Below are positions 21,929-31,409 of a stretch of 64,000 nucleotides of DNA, piece by piece (position 1 is the first letter of the stretch; the number at the start of each line of letters is the position of its first letter). This DNA comes from a phage, in the sequence record PZ452583.1. One strand, 5' to 3'. The notes beneath the pieces were generated by a model. That model saw only the letters and a program-made list of their open reading frames with translations, searched no databases and was not told the DNA's origin. A program made the position numbers and the translations under genes.

Positions 21929-22893
21929 TGTATTCTTTAGAGGAATTTAATAATCAAGCAATAAACGCAGACTTCCAACGTAATAATATGTTCAGCTGTG
22001 TTTTTGCTACAACTCCATCAACTAAAAGCTCATCGTTAATAAGCTCAATTAGTAACTTTGCTTATAATAACTTGGGTCTAAATTCAGATTGGTTGGGATT
22101 AACTCAAGGTGATATTAATCAGGGAATTACCACGCTAATTACCGCTGGAACACAAAAACTAATAAGAAAATCGGGAGTCAGTAAATATCTTATTGGCGCT
22201 ATGAGTCAGCGTACTGTCCAGAGTTTATTAGGCTCATTTACAGTTGGTACATATTTAATTGACTTCTTTAACATGGCATATAACTCATCTGGATTGATGA
22301 TATATTCTGTAAAAATGCCAGAAAATAGATTATCTTATGAAACTGACTGGAACTATAACTCTCCTAATATTCGTATAACTGGAAGAGAATTAGACCCTTT
22401 GGTTATTTCATTCAGAATGGATTCAGAAGCTTGTAACTATCGTGCAATGCAAGACTGGGTTAACGCTGTTCAAGACCCAGTAACTGGATTGCGTGCTTTG
22501 CCGCAAGATGTCGAGGCAGATATTCAGGTTAATCTTCATTCTCGCAATGGATTGCCTCATACTGCGGTGATGTTCACTGGCTGTATTCCAATATCTGTGA
22601 GTGCTCCTGAGTTATCGTATGATGGAGATAACCAAATAACTACATTTGATGTTACTTTCGCTTATAGAGTCATGCAGGCTGGAGCAGTTGATAGACAAGC
22701 TGCCCTTGAATGGCTTGAATCTGCTACTATAAATGGTATTCAAAGCGTTCTCGGAAATAGTGGAGGTGTTACTGGACTATCTAATTCGCTTTCACGACTT
22801 AGTAGATTAGGGGGAACTGCAGGAAGCATTTCAAATATTAATACTATGACAGGAATTGTCAATTCGCAAAGTAAAATATTAGGAGCAATATAA
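21928..22893 (+). CDS. 54: baseplate tail tube initiator gp54
   Basis: 321-aa ORF, T4 gp54-like; bidirectional terminator downstream. Confidence 0.92.
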   Translation: MYSLEEFNNQAINADFQRNNMFSCVFATTPSTKSSSLISSISNFAYNNLGLNSDWLGLTQGDINQGITTLITAGTQKLIRKSGVSKYLIGAMSQRTVQSLLGSFTVGTYLIDFFNMAYNSSGLMIYSVKMPENRLSYETDWNYNSPNIRITGRELDPLVISFRMDSEACNYRAMQDWVNAVQDPVTGLRALPQDVEADIQVNLHSRNGLPHTAVMFTGCIPISVSAPELSYDGDNQITTFDVTFAYRVMQAGAVDRQAALEWLESATINGIQSVLGNSGGVTGLSNSLSRLSRLGGTAGSISNINTMTGIVNSQSKILGAI

Positions 22894-22897
22894 CAAT

Positions 22898-22927
22898 GGG
22901 GACCTTTCGGTCCCCATATTTTTATTT
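22898..22927. terminator. bidirectional terminator after gene 54
   Basis: GGGGACC-TTTC-GGTCCCC then ATATTTTTATTT. Confidence 0.7.
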
Positions 22928-23212
22928 ACGGAATGAAATAAAAGCAGCAACTGAAGCAACTAAACTGTCTTCAATATAAACTTCAATTTTTACCGGAGCT
23001 TCTGACTCAAATTTACCTGTTACTACACCCTGAAAAATACTTTCAGTCTGTTCTGGCTTTGAAAAATTTTCAGAAGGAAAAATTCCGAACTTTTTATCTG
23101 TTCCAAAAATTTTGATAAATTCATCGTAAACTGCTTCATTAAAAGCATTATCAGCAGGAATAACGCCTTCAACTACAAGTTCTTGACCTAAAAAGCGCAA
23201 AGAAGATTTCAT
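22922..23212 (-). CDS. hypothetical protein (alt-proximal small ORF)
   Basis: 96-aa ORF with SD GAGGAA and early-promoter cassette upstream. Confidence 0.55.
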   Translation of the reverse strand: MKSSLRFLGQELVVEGVIPADNAFNEAVYDEFIKIFGTDKKFGIFPSENFSKPEQTESIFQGVVTGKFESEAPVKIEVYIEDSLVASVAAFISFRK

Positions 23213-23219
23213 TTTGTGT

Positions 23220-23273
23220 TCCTCATGTTATGTCAGTAAGACTACTATAACACAACACGAGGGACTTGTAAAC
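23220..23273 (-). repeat. 54-bp early promoter cassette, copy A
   Basis: 53 of 54 nt identical to 38546-38599. Confidence 0.8.
23244..23272 (-). promoter_or_regulatory. early promoter (TTTACA-17-TATAGT) within 54-bp repeat copy A
   Basis: T4 early-type GTTTAC -35 and TATAGT -10, followed by SD GAGGAA. Confidence 0.6.
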
Positions 23274-25330
23274 TACATTTTGAACTTTTTAGACATTCCG
23301 TTGATGTTAACCAAAGAAGCTAAGATTTGAGAAACTTCGTTTTCCTCTTCTTTTGATTCTTCTACAAGGAATTGATTAAATCCAGCCATTGGACGAACTT
23401 CACCAGTTTCCATTAGATGGTCGCCATCATATACTGATTCTTCTAATTGTTCAGAAGGAGGAACGATTGTACCTTCGATTAGATACTTGTTATAAGCAGT
23501 TTCTTTCATAAAGTAAGTACTTACTTTATTAATCTTCAGTAAAATTCCACGTGGTAGAATAACTTCAGCTTCTGATGGAAATCCTGATAAATGACCTGGA
23601 ACGATAACTTTTATTCGCTCAGCTCCTTTAATTACCATACCCACGCTAGTTTCAGCATCTTCATTAGCATATGTAGAATGACTACCCATATGCATCAAAT
23701 CTTCTGCATCAACGGAACCTTCTCCTTCGCCAGAAAATACTGCACCGGAATCATCTAGAGCCATATAGTTTTTACCATGCTCACCGAAGATATTTGGTTT
23801 AAGTGATGTCGATACGAAGTTCTTGAAATAGAACATTTTATTTTCAATATTGTGACGCAAAGTTTTAAAGGTAACTTCTTGTCCACGGTAAAGTGTAGTT
23901 CCTGGAGGAAGAACTGAACCTTTAGCGAATGCAGAATCCAGCGTCTCAATATGTTTAATAGCTCGTTCCATATATTCTTCACGGGTAGAATCTGGTTTAC
24001 CCAAAAGGAACGAGTTCATTTCAACATATGAATCTGCGCAATAATCTTCAATTACGTCAGATTCAGCCTGAGTTAATCCTTTTGGAGTTACTTCAGTACT
24101 TGCATATTCATATGCCTGAGCGGCAGATTCATTAATCAATTTATAAATGCCATTCATGACAAATTGAATAATAGCTGTCTTTTCATCTGGCGTAGCTTTA
24201 GAACCTTTAACTAAATCATTGATAATTTTCTTAATAACATCAAAGCTATTAGAAATATTAATGTCAGCAAGATCGCTTAAAATTTTATCAGTTTTATAAT
24301 CAAAGAATTCTTTATTCTTTAAATATTCTTGAGAACCTTGATATGTTATATCGCTCTGCAACTTGATAGATGGATCACGTAAACGCGCATGGGCTAATGC
24401 AATATGATTTCGGAAGTTTTCTAGTTCATAATCGTTAGATTTAAAACGAGAAGCACTTCTCATACCACCGATAGCTCCTTTGCCGAAGTTTGAACCAATC
24501 TGAATAACGCCAGAGTTCATTGGTCCTTCTGCTTTATATACCGGAACTTTGGATTCAAACTCTTGATATTTCTTAGCAGCGAAGCTATCACCCTGAAGTG
24601 AAGCATCAACAGTAGAATATTGAGCTTGTGCTGCTAATCGACGACTAATTTTAGTTTTCTGAATAACAGCTTGGTCCGTGCGCTTATCATTTTCTAAAGC
24701 AATAGAAGCAGCAACTGCGACAGCTTTAGGAACAGCATTACCTGTTTTAACGTCTACATAAACATCACCAACCTTTGATTCAACTTTTGTGAATAACTCA
24801 GTTGAAATAGGAGGTACACCTGGAATGTCTTCTAAATTGGCATTTTTACGGTAAACCATAATATATGCGTACTTTTTATCATAATCCCAGATTTCCTTTA
24901 AAAGAACATATCGACCTGCTCCTTTAGTACGTACTAAACGGTCAGCAATAACTTGCATTTGACGAGCAGCGCCATTTGTTTTACTCTTTAGTACGCGGAA
25001 TAAGCATGCATCAATTTTATACTGTTTCATTGTTTGAAGAGCAGTATCAAAAACAGCATTAATGACGCCAATTGGATTTCCACCCAAGTTTTTAAGCTTA
25101 ACTAATGATAGTTTCTCATTAACACCTATCATTACGATATGCATCATTTTGTCGCCTGGCTTAACGTTTTTATTCGTATCACCGCCAGAGGTGTATGTAC
25201 AAAATCTAAATCCAGGGAGAACGCTTTCTTCACCGGCTTGAATAGCAAAAATTTGTGGTATTTTATGCTTAGGATTTAAGTTAACAACCGGCGCCGAAGC
25301 GCCGTCAAATAATTCTGTAATAAGTTCCAT
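23273..25330 (-). CDS. Alt-like ADP-ribosyltransferase, paralog 1
   Basis: 685-aa ORF; N-terminus MELITELFD...; ART R-S-ExE signature (YRGQ, FVSTSL, EAEVILPRG); paralogous to the adjacent upstream gene. Confidence 0.85.
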   Translation of the reverse strand: MELITELFDGASAPVVNLNPKHKIPQIFAIQAGEESVLPGFRFCTYTSGGDTNKNVKPGDKMMHIVMIGVNEKLSLVKLKNLGGNPIGVINAVFDTALQTMKQYKIDACLFRVLKSKTNGAARQMQVIADRLVRTKGAGRYVLLKEIWDYDKKYAYIMVYRKNANLEDIPGVPPISTELFTKVESKVGDVYVDVKTGNAVPKAVAVAASIALENDKRTDQAVIQKTKISRRLAAQAQYSTVDASLQGDSFAAKKYQEFESKVPVYKAEGPMNSGVIQIGSNFGKGAIGGMRSASRFKSNDYELENFRNHIALAHARLRDPSIKLQSDITYQGSQEYLKNKEFFDYKTDKILSDLADINISNSFDVIKKIINDLVKGSKATPDEKTAIIQFVMNGIYKLINESAAQAYEYASTEVTPKGLTQAESDVIEDYCADSYVEMNSFLLGKPDSTREEYMERAIKHIETLDSAFAKGSVLPPGTTLYRGQEVTFKTLRHNIENKMFYFKNFVSTSLKPNIFGEHGKNYMALDDSGAVFSGEGEGSVDAEDLMHMGSHSTYANEDAETSVGMVIKGAERIKVIVPGHLSGFPSEAEVILPRGILLKINKVSTYFMKETAYNKYLIEGTIVPPSEQLEESVYDGDHLMETGEVRPMAGFNQFLVEESKEEENEVSQILASLVNINGMSKKFKM

Positions 25331-25333
25331 GAT

Positions 25334-27427
25334 TTATCCTTGAACGAACTTGTAAGGCATGTTTGTAATATCTATGCAAGACGCAATAATTCCAAGAGAT
25401 GATTCTACTTTCTGTTTAACATTTGATGAAACAAATGATGCAAAGTCAACTCTGTCTTCTATTTCAATATCACCTGTCATTGCAACCAATTCACCAGTTT
25501 CCATTAAATGGTCTCCGTCATAGATTACCGATTCGGTGAGTTCTTCGGTGGTCATAACTTCAGCTTGAATGAGTTTTGTATTATTAGACGTGGTTCCGTC
25601 ATTATTAGAAGCATCAGTTATTTTATTAACTTTGACCATCAATCCGCGCGGTAGAATAACTTCAGCTTCTGTTGCTATTCCGAGACTTCCTGGATATACA
25701 ACATTAACTTTATGAGCTCCATCAATTGCCCATCCTATTTGAACTTTAACGTATTCAGGATTTTCTTTATACGCTCTTATTTCGTTTGGATTAATAGTTA
25801 TTCCTTCTTCATTTTTATCAACTGTCAATTCATTACGAGTTTCTGGTTCTAAAAGACCAATACCAGCATGTGTAATTCCAAAACGTCCAAAAATGATAGG
25901 AGTTAAAGAAGTAGATACAAAATTTCTGAAATAGAACACTTTATTTTTAACTAGTGCTTCGTATATAGGAGCAGTCATACTTTGAGCACGATAAACTGTG
26001 ATGCCTTCCGGTATGCGGTCACCATTTTCAAAAGCTGAATCTAAGTTATTTATAGCAGATTCAATTTCTTTTTCACTCATTACATCATATCGTTCTGGAT
26101 TGTAACGACCTAAAAGAAGATTATTAATGTCAGTATATCCTGAACCGCAATATTCTCTAATGCCACGCTTTTGTGATGGAGTATATTTAGAACCATCGCG
26201 GGCAATAGTAATATCAATCATTGGACCAGCACCAATTCCAGAAAAACTGTAAATCATTCGTTTGAGGAATTTAGTTTTTGCTACGTTCCAGGAATTTTTA
26301 GTTATTTCTTCCCAGACTTCATCTGGTTGTCCTTTACGATTTTTATTATGATTAGCAAGCCATTTATCTTTATAATCTTCAAAGAATTGATTTACAGCTG
26401 CTGCGTATTTCTCTAAACATTTTATTGAAGTAGTTGGTTCATTTTTAATTGCATTAAAAATTACTTCTTTAATTTTTTCTGAAACTTCACCGACTTGACT
26501 CATTGGAAAGAATTTATAATCATAGTGAAGTTCATCTGCCGTTCCTTCAGCAATAATTTTTGCTGCCTTTGTTTTAGAAGCTAATGAATTAATTCCAATT
26601 TTCATTTCTTCTGCTTCGGGAATTAAAGGTGCAGTAGCTGGTTTATTAAAATTAGCTGCTGTAGATTCATACTTCTGGAATAATTCACTTTCAAATCTAG
26701 AAGATTCCAATGATTGACTTTGCGCAATTGCTCTACGGGAAATTTTAACTTTAACGATTACAGCTTGGTCAGAACGTTTATCATTTTCTTGCGCAATAGA
26801 TGCTGCAATTGCCTCATTTTTAGTTACTTGGGCTCCAGTATCTTTATTGATATAAACATCGCCGACTTTCGATTCAACTTTAGTAAAGAGCTCGGTACTA
26901 ATTTCCGGAACTCCTGGAATGTCTTCTAGTGATACATTTTTGCGATGTATAAGAATATATGCATACTTTTTATCATAATCCCAGAGTTCCTTAAGAAGGA
27001 CGTATCTACCACCTGAACGACTACGGATAAGTCTATCAGCAATAACTTGAATTTGTCGAGCTTGGCCAGCAGTTTTAGACTTAAGAATACGAAGCATACA
27101 AGCATCAATTTTATATTGACGCATTGTTTGCATTGCAACAGTAAAAACTGAATTGATATAATTAATCGGGCTTGGACCAAGACCTTTTAATTTAGCAATT
27201 GAACCTTTAGCAGTTAATGTAAAAGGAACAATATGCATCATTTTATCGCCCATCTTTAAATCGCGATTAGTATCACCTCCAGATGTATAGGTACATAAAC
27301 GAAAGCCTGGTTGTTCAATTGCATCATCAACATGAACTGAAAAAATTTGTGGTATTTTCTTCTTTGGATTTAAGTTTGTAATCGGAAGAGTAGTATCTTC
27401 GTCAAATAATTCTGTAATGAGTTCCAT
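25334..27427 (-). CDS. alt: Alt ADP-ribosyltransferase (internal head protein), paralog 2
   Basis: 697-698 aa (two adjacent ATGs at 27430 and 27427); ART signature YRAQ, FVSTSL, EAEVILPRG; late promoter TATAAATA upstream. Confidence 0.88.
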   Translation of the reverse strand: MELITELFDEDTTLPITNLNPKKKIPQIFSVHVDDAIEQPGFRLCTYTSGGDTNRDLKMGDKMMHIVPFTLTAKGSIAKLKGLGPSPINYINSVFTVAMQTMRQYKIDACMLRILKSKTAGQARQIQVIADRLIRSRSGGRYVLLKELWDYDKKYAYILIHRKNVSLEDIPGVPEISTELFTKVESKVGDVYINKDTGAQVTKNEAIAASIAQENDKRSDQAVIVKVKISRRAIAQSQSLESSRFESELFQKYESTAANFNKPATAPLIPEAEEMKIGINSLASKTKAAKIIAEGTADELHYDYKFFPMSQVGEVSEKIKEVIFNAIKNEPTTSIKCLEKYAAAVNQFFEDYKDKWLANHNKNRKGQPDEVWEEITKNSWNVAKTKFLKRMIYSFSGIGAGPMIDITIARDGSKYTPSQKRGIREYCGSGYTDINNLLLGRYNPERYDVMSEKEIESAINNLDSAFENGDRIPEGITVYRAQSMTAPIYEALVKNKVFYFRNFVSTSLTPIIFGRFGITHAGIGLLEPETRNELTVDKNEEGITINPNEIRAYKENPEYVKVQIGWAIDGAHKVNVVYPGSLGIATEAEVILPRGLMVKVNKITDASNNDGTTSNNTKLIQAEVMTTEELTESVIYDGDHLMETGELVAMTGDIEIEDRVDFASFVSSNVKQKVESSLGIIASCIDITNMPYKFVQG

Positions 27428-27450
27428 CATATCCTCTCTAGTGTTTATTC

Positions 27451-27458
27451 TATTTATA
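27451..27458 (-). promoter_or_regulatory. late promoter for alt
   Basis: TATAAATA on minus strand between a hairpin and the alt SD GAGAGGA. Confidence 0.6.
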
Positions 27459-27463
27459 AAATT

Positions 27464-27480
27464 AAAGGCCCGAAGGCCTT
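27464..27480 (-). terminator. hairpin upstream of the alt late promoter
   Basis: AAAGGCC-CGAA-GGCCTTT. Confidence 0.45.
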
Positions 27481-27668
27481 TAATAATCTATTGGTAATAG
27501 AGTACGATATATTTCAAACTTTGGACCTTTTTCATAAGCATCAAAAGTTTCTGTGAATTTATTATAAGCATATGCATCTATAAATTCAATCATGATTTGC
27601 GATACAGAAGTAGAAACATCTCCACCTTCTTTTTGAGCCACGACAATTGTTTCTAAGTAAGCTTTCAT
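27480..27668 (-). CDS. hypothetical protein
   Basis: 62-aa ORF coupled to gene 30 stop. Confidence 0.5.
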   Translation of the reverse strand: MKAYLETIVVAQKEGGDVSTSVSQIMIEFIDAYAYNKFTETFDAYEKGPKFEIYRTLLPIDY

Positions 27669-29128
27669 AAACCAGTTACCTCATGAAAATCGCCAAATAC
27701 ATCTTCGAACGTATTAGCTTTAGTTTTATCTTCACGTAAACGAATCGCAATTGGAAGAAATAATTTAACGTAATCGGTGCGGCCATCAGATTTTAACCAA
27801 CCGTTGCATTCGCACTCTAGAATTTTTCCAATATAATAATTTTGGTTTTCCATAATGCGAGTACGGTCAAGTTCATGCGATTTTACACCGGCTTTATCTT
27901 TTAAGCCTGAACCAGCATTTACTTTAATTTTTCCACACTCTGACTCAAGAATAAATCCACCCGCTTTAGTAGGGTCTTTACGGTGAGGATAAATTCCTAC
28001 AATTTTTAAATCAACATCAATTACTTCTTTAAATTTATAAAGATTTTTTGAACGAGCATTTTCCCATAATCCATCGATATTTTTGAGAATAATACCTTCA
28101 AGACCTTGGTCAATATACTTTTTGTAAATTACCTTAGCTTCATCTAGGTTATTTACTACTTGGTTTTCAATTAAAATTACTTTATCATAGCCTGATGTCA
28201 TTTGTTCTAGTTTAGAAAAACGTACATCATATTTTAAACGAAACGCTGGAAGACAATATATTTCTACTAATGGAACATAGTCCCAGACCTGAAACTTCAT
28301 GCATTGTGCTTCTTTTTCAGAAATGGTTCCCTTTAAAGATTTATTAGCGATTCCATTAGAAGTAGTACGTGATTCAGCTACTTCAGCGAATTCTTTAGCT
28401 TTACTAATTTCAGGATAAGCATCAAAAAGAAAATCTAGGCCTTCTGGTTCATTTTCAACTTGCTCATGGTATACCAATTCGCCATCAATTAACACACCTT
28501 CTGGATGAATCTGGCGAGCTTCTGCAGTCATTTTGATTAACTCTTCCTTGAGAAGATCTAATCCTAGATATTCATTACCAGCTCGTGATAAAAGACGAAC
28601 ATCATCTAATTCATCACCTCTGACTTCAGCAAAGCACCGAGCTCCATCAGCTTTTAACTGGGCAAAAGCTGGAAATTTGATATTCTTATTAATGCCTTTT
28701 TCATCATAAGAACTTGCAAGCATTTGAGGTTGTTCAGGAATTAAACCTGGCCAAACTTTGTTTGCAATAGATACTGAAGCACCGCATTCAAGGTCTCGCA
28801 TCATCACACGACGCAAAACTTCAACATCATCTTTTTTACCGTCAGTAATATATCCAGTTAATTCCTCAATTGCCGCATTTCCAGTCAATTTCCGAGTAGC
28901 TAACGTTAATTCAATGAAGTCAAGCATATCGGTAAGAGTCAACATTCCAAAACTCTGGGTAGCAATACCCGGTTTAGGCCATTTCTTGATATAATACTGT
29001 AACCCGCGAGAATAAGTCAGACGATATACTCGTTTAAGCAATTCATTATCTTTGTTCTTTTCAAGAATTGCTTGCTTCTGCTTAGTTGAACCAATAGATG
29101 CTATTTCGTTCAGAATTTTAAGAATCAT
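27665..29128 (-). CDS. 30: ATP-dependent DNA ligase gp30
   Basis: 487-aa ORF with adenylation motif KADGAR; T4 DNA ligase length. Confidence 0.95.
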   Translation of the reverse strand: MILKILNEIASIGSTKQKQAILEKNKDNELLKRVYRLTYSRGLQYYIKKWPKPGIATQSFGMLTLTDMLDFIELTLATRKLTGNAAIEELTGYITDGKKDDVEVLRRVMMRDLECGASVSIANKVWPGLIPEQPQMLASSYDEKGINKNIKFPAFAQLKADGARCFAEVRGDELDDVRLLSRAGNEYLGLDLLKEELIKMTAEARQIHPEGVLIDGELVYHEQVENEPEGLDFLFDAYPEISKAKEFAEVAESRTTSNGIANKSLKGTISEKEAQCMKFQVWDYVPLVEIYCLPAFRLKYDVRFSKLEQMTSGYDKVILIENQVVNNLDEAKVIYKKYIDQGLEGIILKNIDGLWENARSKNLYKFKEVIDVDLKIVGIYPHRKDPTKAGGFILESECGKIKVNAGSGLKDKAGVKSHELDRTRIMENQNYYIGKILECECNGWLKSDGRTDYVKLFLPIAIRLREDKTKANTFEDVFGDFHEVTGL

Positions 29129-29394
29129 TGTTCATCCTTTAGAGTTTGGTTTACAGCTCTATTATAAATCAATTCATCATTAAGCTCAGTCAAAGACCTG
29201 TGGTACGTGGTTCTAACTTTATTTCCTTGCATCCAGTGCTTGACGTAAATGAAACCTTGCTCTACACATTTTTTAAAAATTCGTTCGTCTTTTTGAGCTC
29301 GGAATTCTGGATTGCATCTAAAAAATTGATTTACGTGACCGTAATCACGTGTAGTATTACCTTCATTTTCATAAATAGTGTGAACGACAAACAT
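29125..29394 (-). CDS. hypothetical protein (30.1 position)
   Basis: 89-aa ORF, coupled. Confidence 0.55.
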   Translation of the reverse strand: MFVVHTIYENEGNTTRDYGHVNQFFRCNPEFRAQKDERIFKKCVEQGFIYVKHWMQGNKVRTTYHRSLTELNDELIYNRAVNQTLKDEQ

Positions 29395-30233
29395 TAGAAT
29401 GCTCCTTGGAAAATATTATCACCACTAGTAGGTCTATTATACAAATACTCTATGCCACCAGGTTTAATATAGTTCCATGTCTGAAACGGATGTGTCTGAT
29501 ATGGATGATATAGATGATTATAAGGATTAAATCCAGGAGTTCTCCAGGTAGTATTCCAAGGAAAAGAATCATTTTTAATCATCTTTTCAATTACATCTTT
29601 TATAACTTTTTCACTATCAAAACTTTCTTTATTTTCCTTCGATGGAAAAAGCTTATTCTCTACATCATTCCATGTATAAACTCGCTGAGCGGTTTTTGGA
29701 ATACTGTCACGCTCCCCTCGAGCCATCCAATAAACAGGAACATTTAATATTTCACTCGCGTGATCGCAGTGGTGAGCGAGATCGTCAATATAACAAATTA
29801 CGTTATATTTCTCTTTTGCCTTTTTGAACAACTCTTCTTTTGAAGAATCATGACCACACATCAATACTTCTGAGAAAGCACCAGGAAAAAGAGCATTCAA
29901 ATTAAATTGACGATTCAGCAGAGCGTCAATAGAATCACCCAATGCTGTAACAGCTACAAAATTATAATCTTCTTTTAATTTGTTAATTACACACAGGGCA
30001 TCTTTATATGGAGACAAGTAACGAATAAAATCTGAACGATTATACTTTTCGATTAATTTAACACCGAGTTCTTCATCGCAATTAAAGAGCTTACCAGGAG
30101 AAATAAATTTTTCGTCCTGAATCATTTTTAAAATATGTTCTAATGGAAGATTATATTTTTGGGCAAAATAAGGAAGGCCTGATTGCCAGCTTAAACATAC
30201 CCCGTCAATATCAGTCAAAATAGTAGGCTTCAT
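29394..30233 (-). CDS. hypothetical protein, possible HAD-like hydrolase (30.2 position)
   Basis: 279-aa ORF; N-terminal ILTDIDGV resembles HAD motif I. Confidence 0.6.
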   Translation of the reverse strand: MKPTILTDIDGVCLSWQSGLPYFAQKYNLPLEHILKMIQDEKFISPGKLFNCDEELGVKLIEKYNRSDFIRYLSPYKDALCVINKLKEDYNFVAVTALGDSIDALLNRQFNLNALFPGAFSEVLMCGHDSSKEELFKKAKEKYNVICYIDDLAHHCDHASEILNVPVYWMARGERDSIPKTAQRVYTWNDVENKLFPSKENKESFDSEKVIKDVIEKMIKNDSFPWNTTWRTPGFNPYNHLYHPYQTHPFQTWNYIKPGGIEYLYNRPTSGDNIFQGAF

Positions 30234-30694
30234 AGAGAGTCTCTTAATAGGTTTAACACATCAATAAATTCAGCTTCGGTTAGTATTGTATCATCTTTTG
30301 TTAGACCACTAGCCATGCTGTGCTTCAAAACTTTTCCTTTCGAGGCTTGTAATGCATCACGAAAACCCTTGTTTTGAATCGCTGCTTCAAAATATGCATT
30401 TGTGTATAATTCTTTCCACGCTGGGGAGTATCTTGAAAACGGAACTCCAAGCCAGAAGAGGGTCCCACGGTCCTGAGCTCTAGCATAAGACCTTCCAGTT
30501 TGTTGGGCGGCAAGCCCAGATAACCCAAATACACGACGTTGTTGTTCAACATTTTTCACCTTGCATCCTTGGAGGAATCCTTCGAGACCTCCAAATTGAA
30601 TACCATCCATGACGAAAGGCCATTGGGCGAAATTACTTAATGCGCATGATGGCCATCTAAAATTGCTTCTAATCTCTAACTCAGACATTTTCAA
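30230..30694 (-). CDS. NADAR (YbiA/DUF1768-like) domain protein (30.3 position)
   Basis: 154-aa ORF with the pattern SNFA.WP...DG..F...E...Q..K characteristic of the YbiA/NADAR family. Confidence 0.6.
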   Translation of the reverse strand: MKMSELEIRSNFRWPSCALSNFAQWPFVMDGIQFGGLEGFLQGCKVKNVEQQRRVFGLSGLAAQQTGRSYARAQDRGTLFWLGVPFSRYSPAWKELYTNAYFEAAIQNKGFRDALQASKGKVLKHSMASGLTKDDTILTEAEFIDVLNLLRDSL

Positions 30695-30887
30695 TACTTA
30701 TAATTTCAACATCAGCCCAATGACCATAGCAAGGAAGACGAAATTCAACTGGCCAGTTAGGGTCCTTTTCTAATATAATAGACTTAACTTGTGGTTCTTC
30801 ATGTTCATCAGTATATGGATTTTTATCTGTTACTTTATATGTGACCTTAATGTACTGAATTCCAAAAATCTTATTAATTATATTCAT
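30681..30887 (-). CDS. hypothetical protein
   Basis: 68-aa ORF in the coupled 30.x array. Confidence 0.5.
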   Translation of the reverse strand: MNIINKIFGIQYIKVTYKVTDKNPYTDEHEEPQVKSIILEKDPNWPVEFRLPCYGHWADVEIISIENV

Positions 30888-31081
30888 ACTAATTCCTTTA
30901 ATCCGTAAATAGGAGATAATTCATCACCCATACGAAGGTCTTCATTTCCATCTACCCAGGAAACAATATAAGCCTCTTTTATTTGAATACCACTCCATTT
31001 AAATGGAGGTAGAACCTTAGAAATTAATCCAGGTATACCAACTCCCTTTAATTCAACAGTTTGACCTAAAAAGAATTTCAT
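30884..31081 (-). CDS. hypothetical protein
   Basis: 65-aa ORF, ATGA-coupled. Confidence 0.5.
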   Translation of the reverse strand: MKFFLGQTVELKGVGIPGLISKVLPPFKWSGIQIKEAYIVSWVDGNEDLRMGDELSPIYGLKELV

Positions 31082-31368
31082 TAGAACCTCATCTGAAAAC
31101 CGTGCGATTTAACATTACCGCCGCCAATATCAGAAATGTTAATTTCACGCGCAATTGAAGGGTCAATGTCAATTTCGCGATTGAGTTTAGTGATAGCTAA
31201 AGTATCACGCCCATTTACAGTACGGAATTCTAAAGGACAAACCACATCAACGTAATTTTTAATCGATTCACTGGTAGGTTGCAAATGAGCAGGAAGGTCT
31301 TTAGGCGCCTTTGAGAAAACCACTTCACAGAAATTTTTACGGGTATCAAAATAAGTAGTCATAAACAT
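31081..31368 (-). CDS. hypothetical protein
   Basis: 95-aa ORF; SD GAGGAAAA upstream. Confidence 0.55.
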   Translation of the reverse strand: MFMTTYFDTRKNFCEVVFSKAPKDLPAHLQPTSESIKNYVDVVCPLEFRTVNGRDTLAITKLNREIDIDPSIAREINISDIGGGNVKSHGFQMRF

Positions 31369-31385
31369 AGTATTTTCCTCAGTAA

Positions 31386-31399
31386 GGGGCCGAAGCCCC
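31386..31399. terminator. GC hairpin between 30.x ORFs
   Basis: GGGGC-CGAA-GCCCC; the U-run is on the plus strand only. Confidence 0.4.
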
Positions 31400-31409
31400 T
31401 CATTTTATT

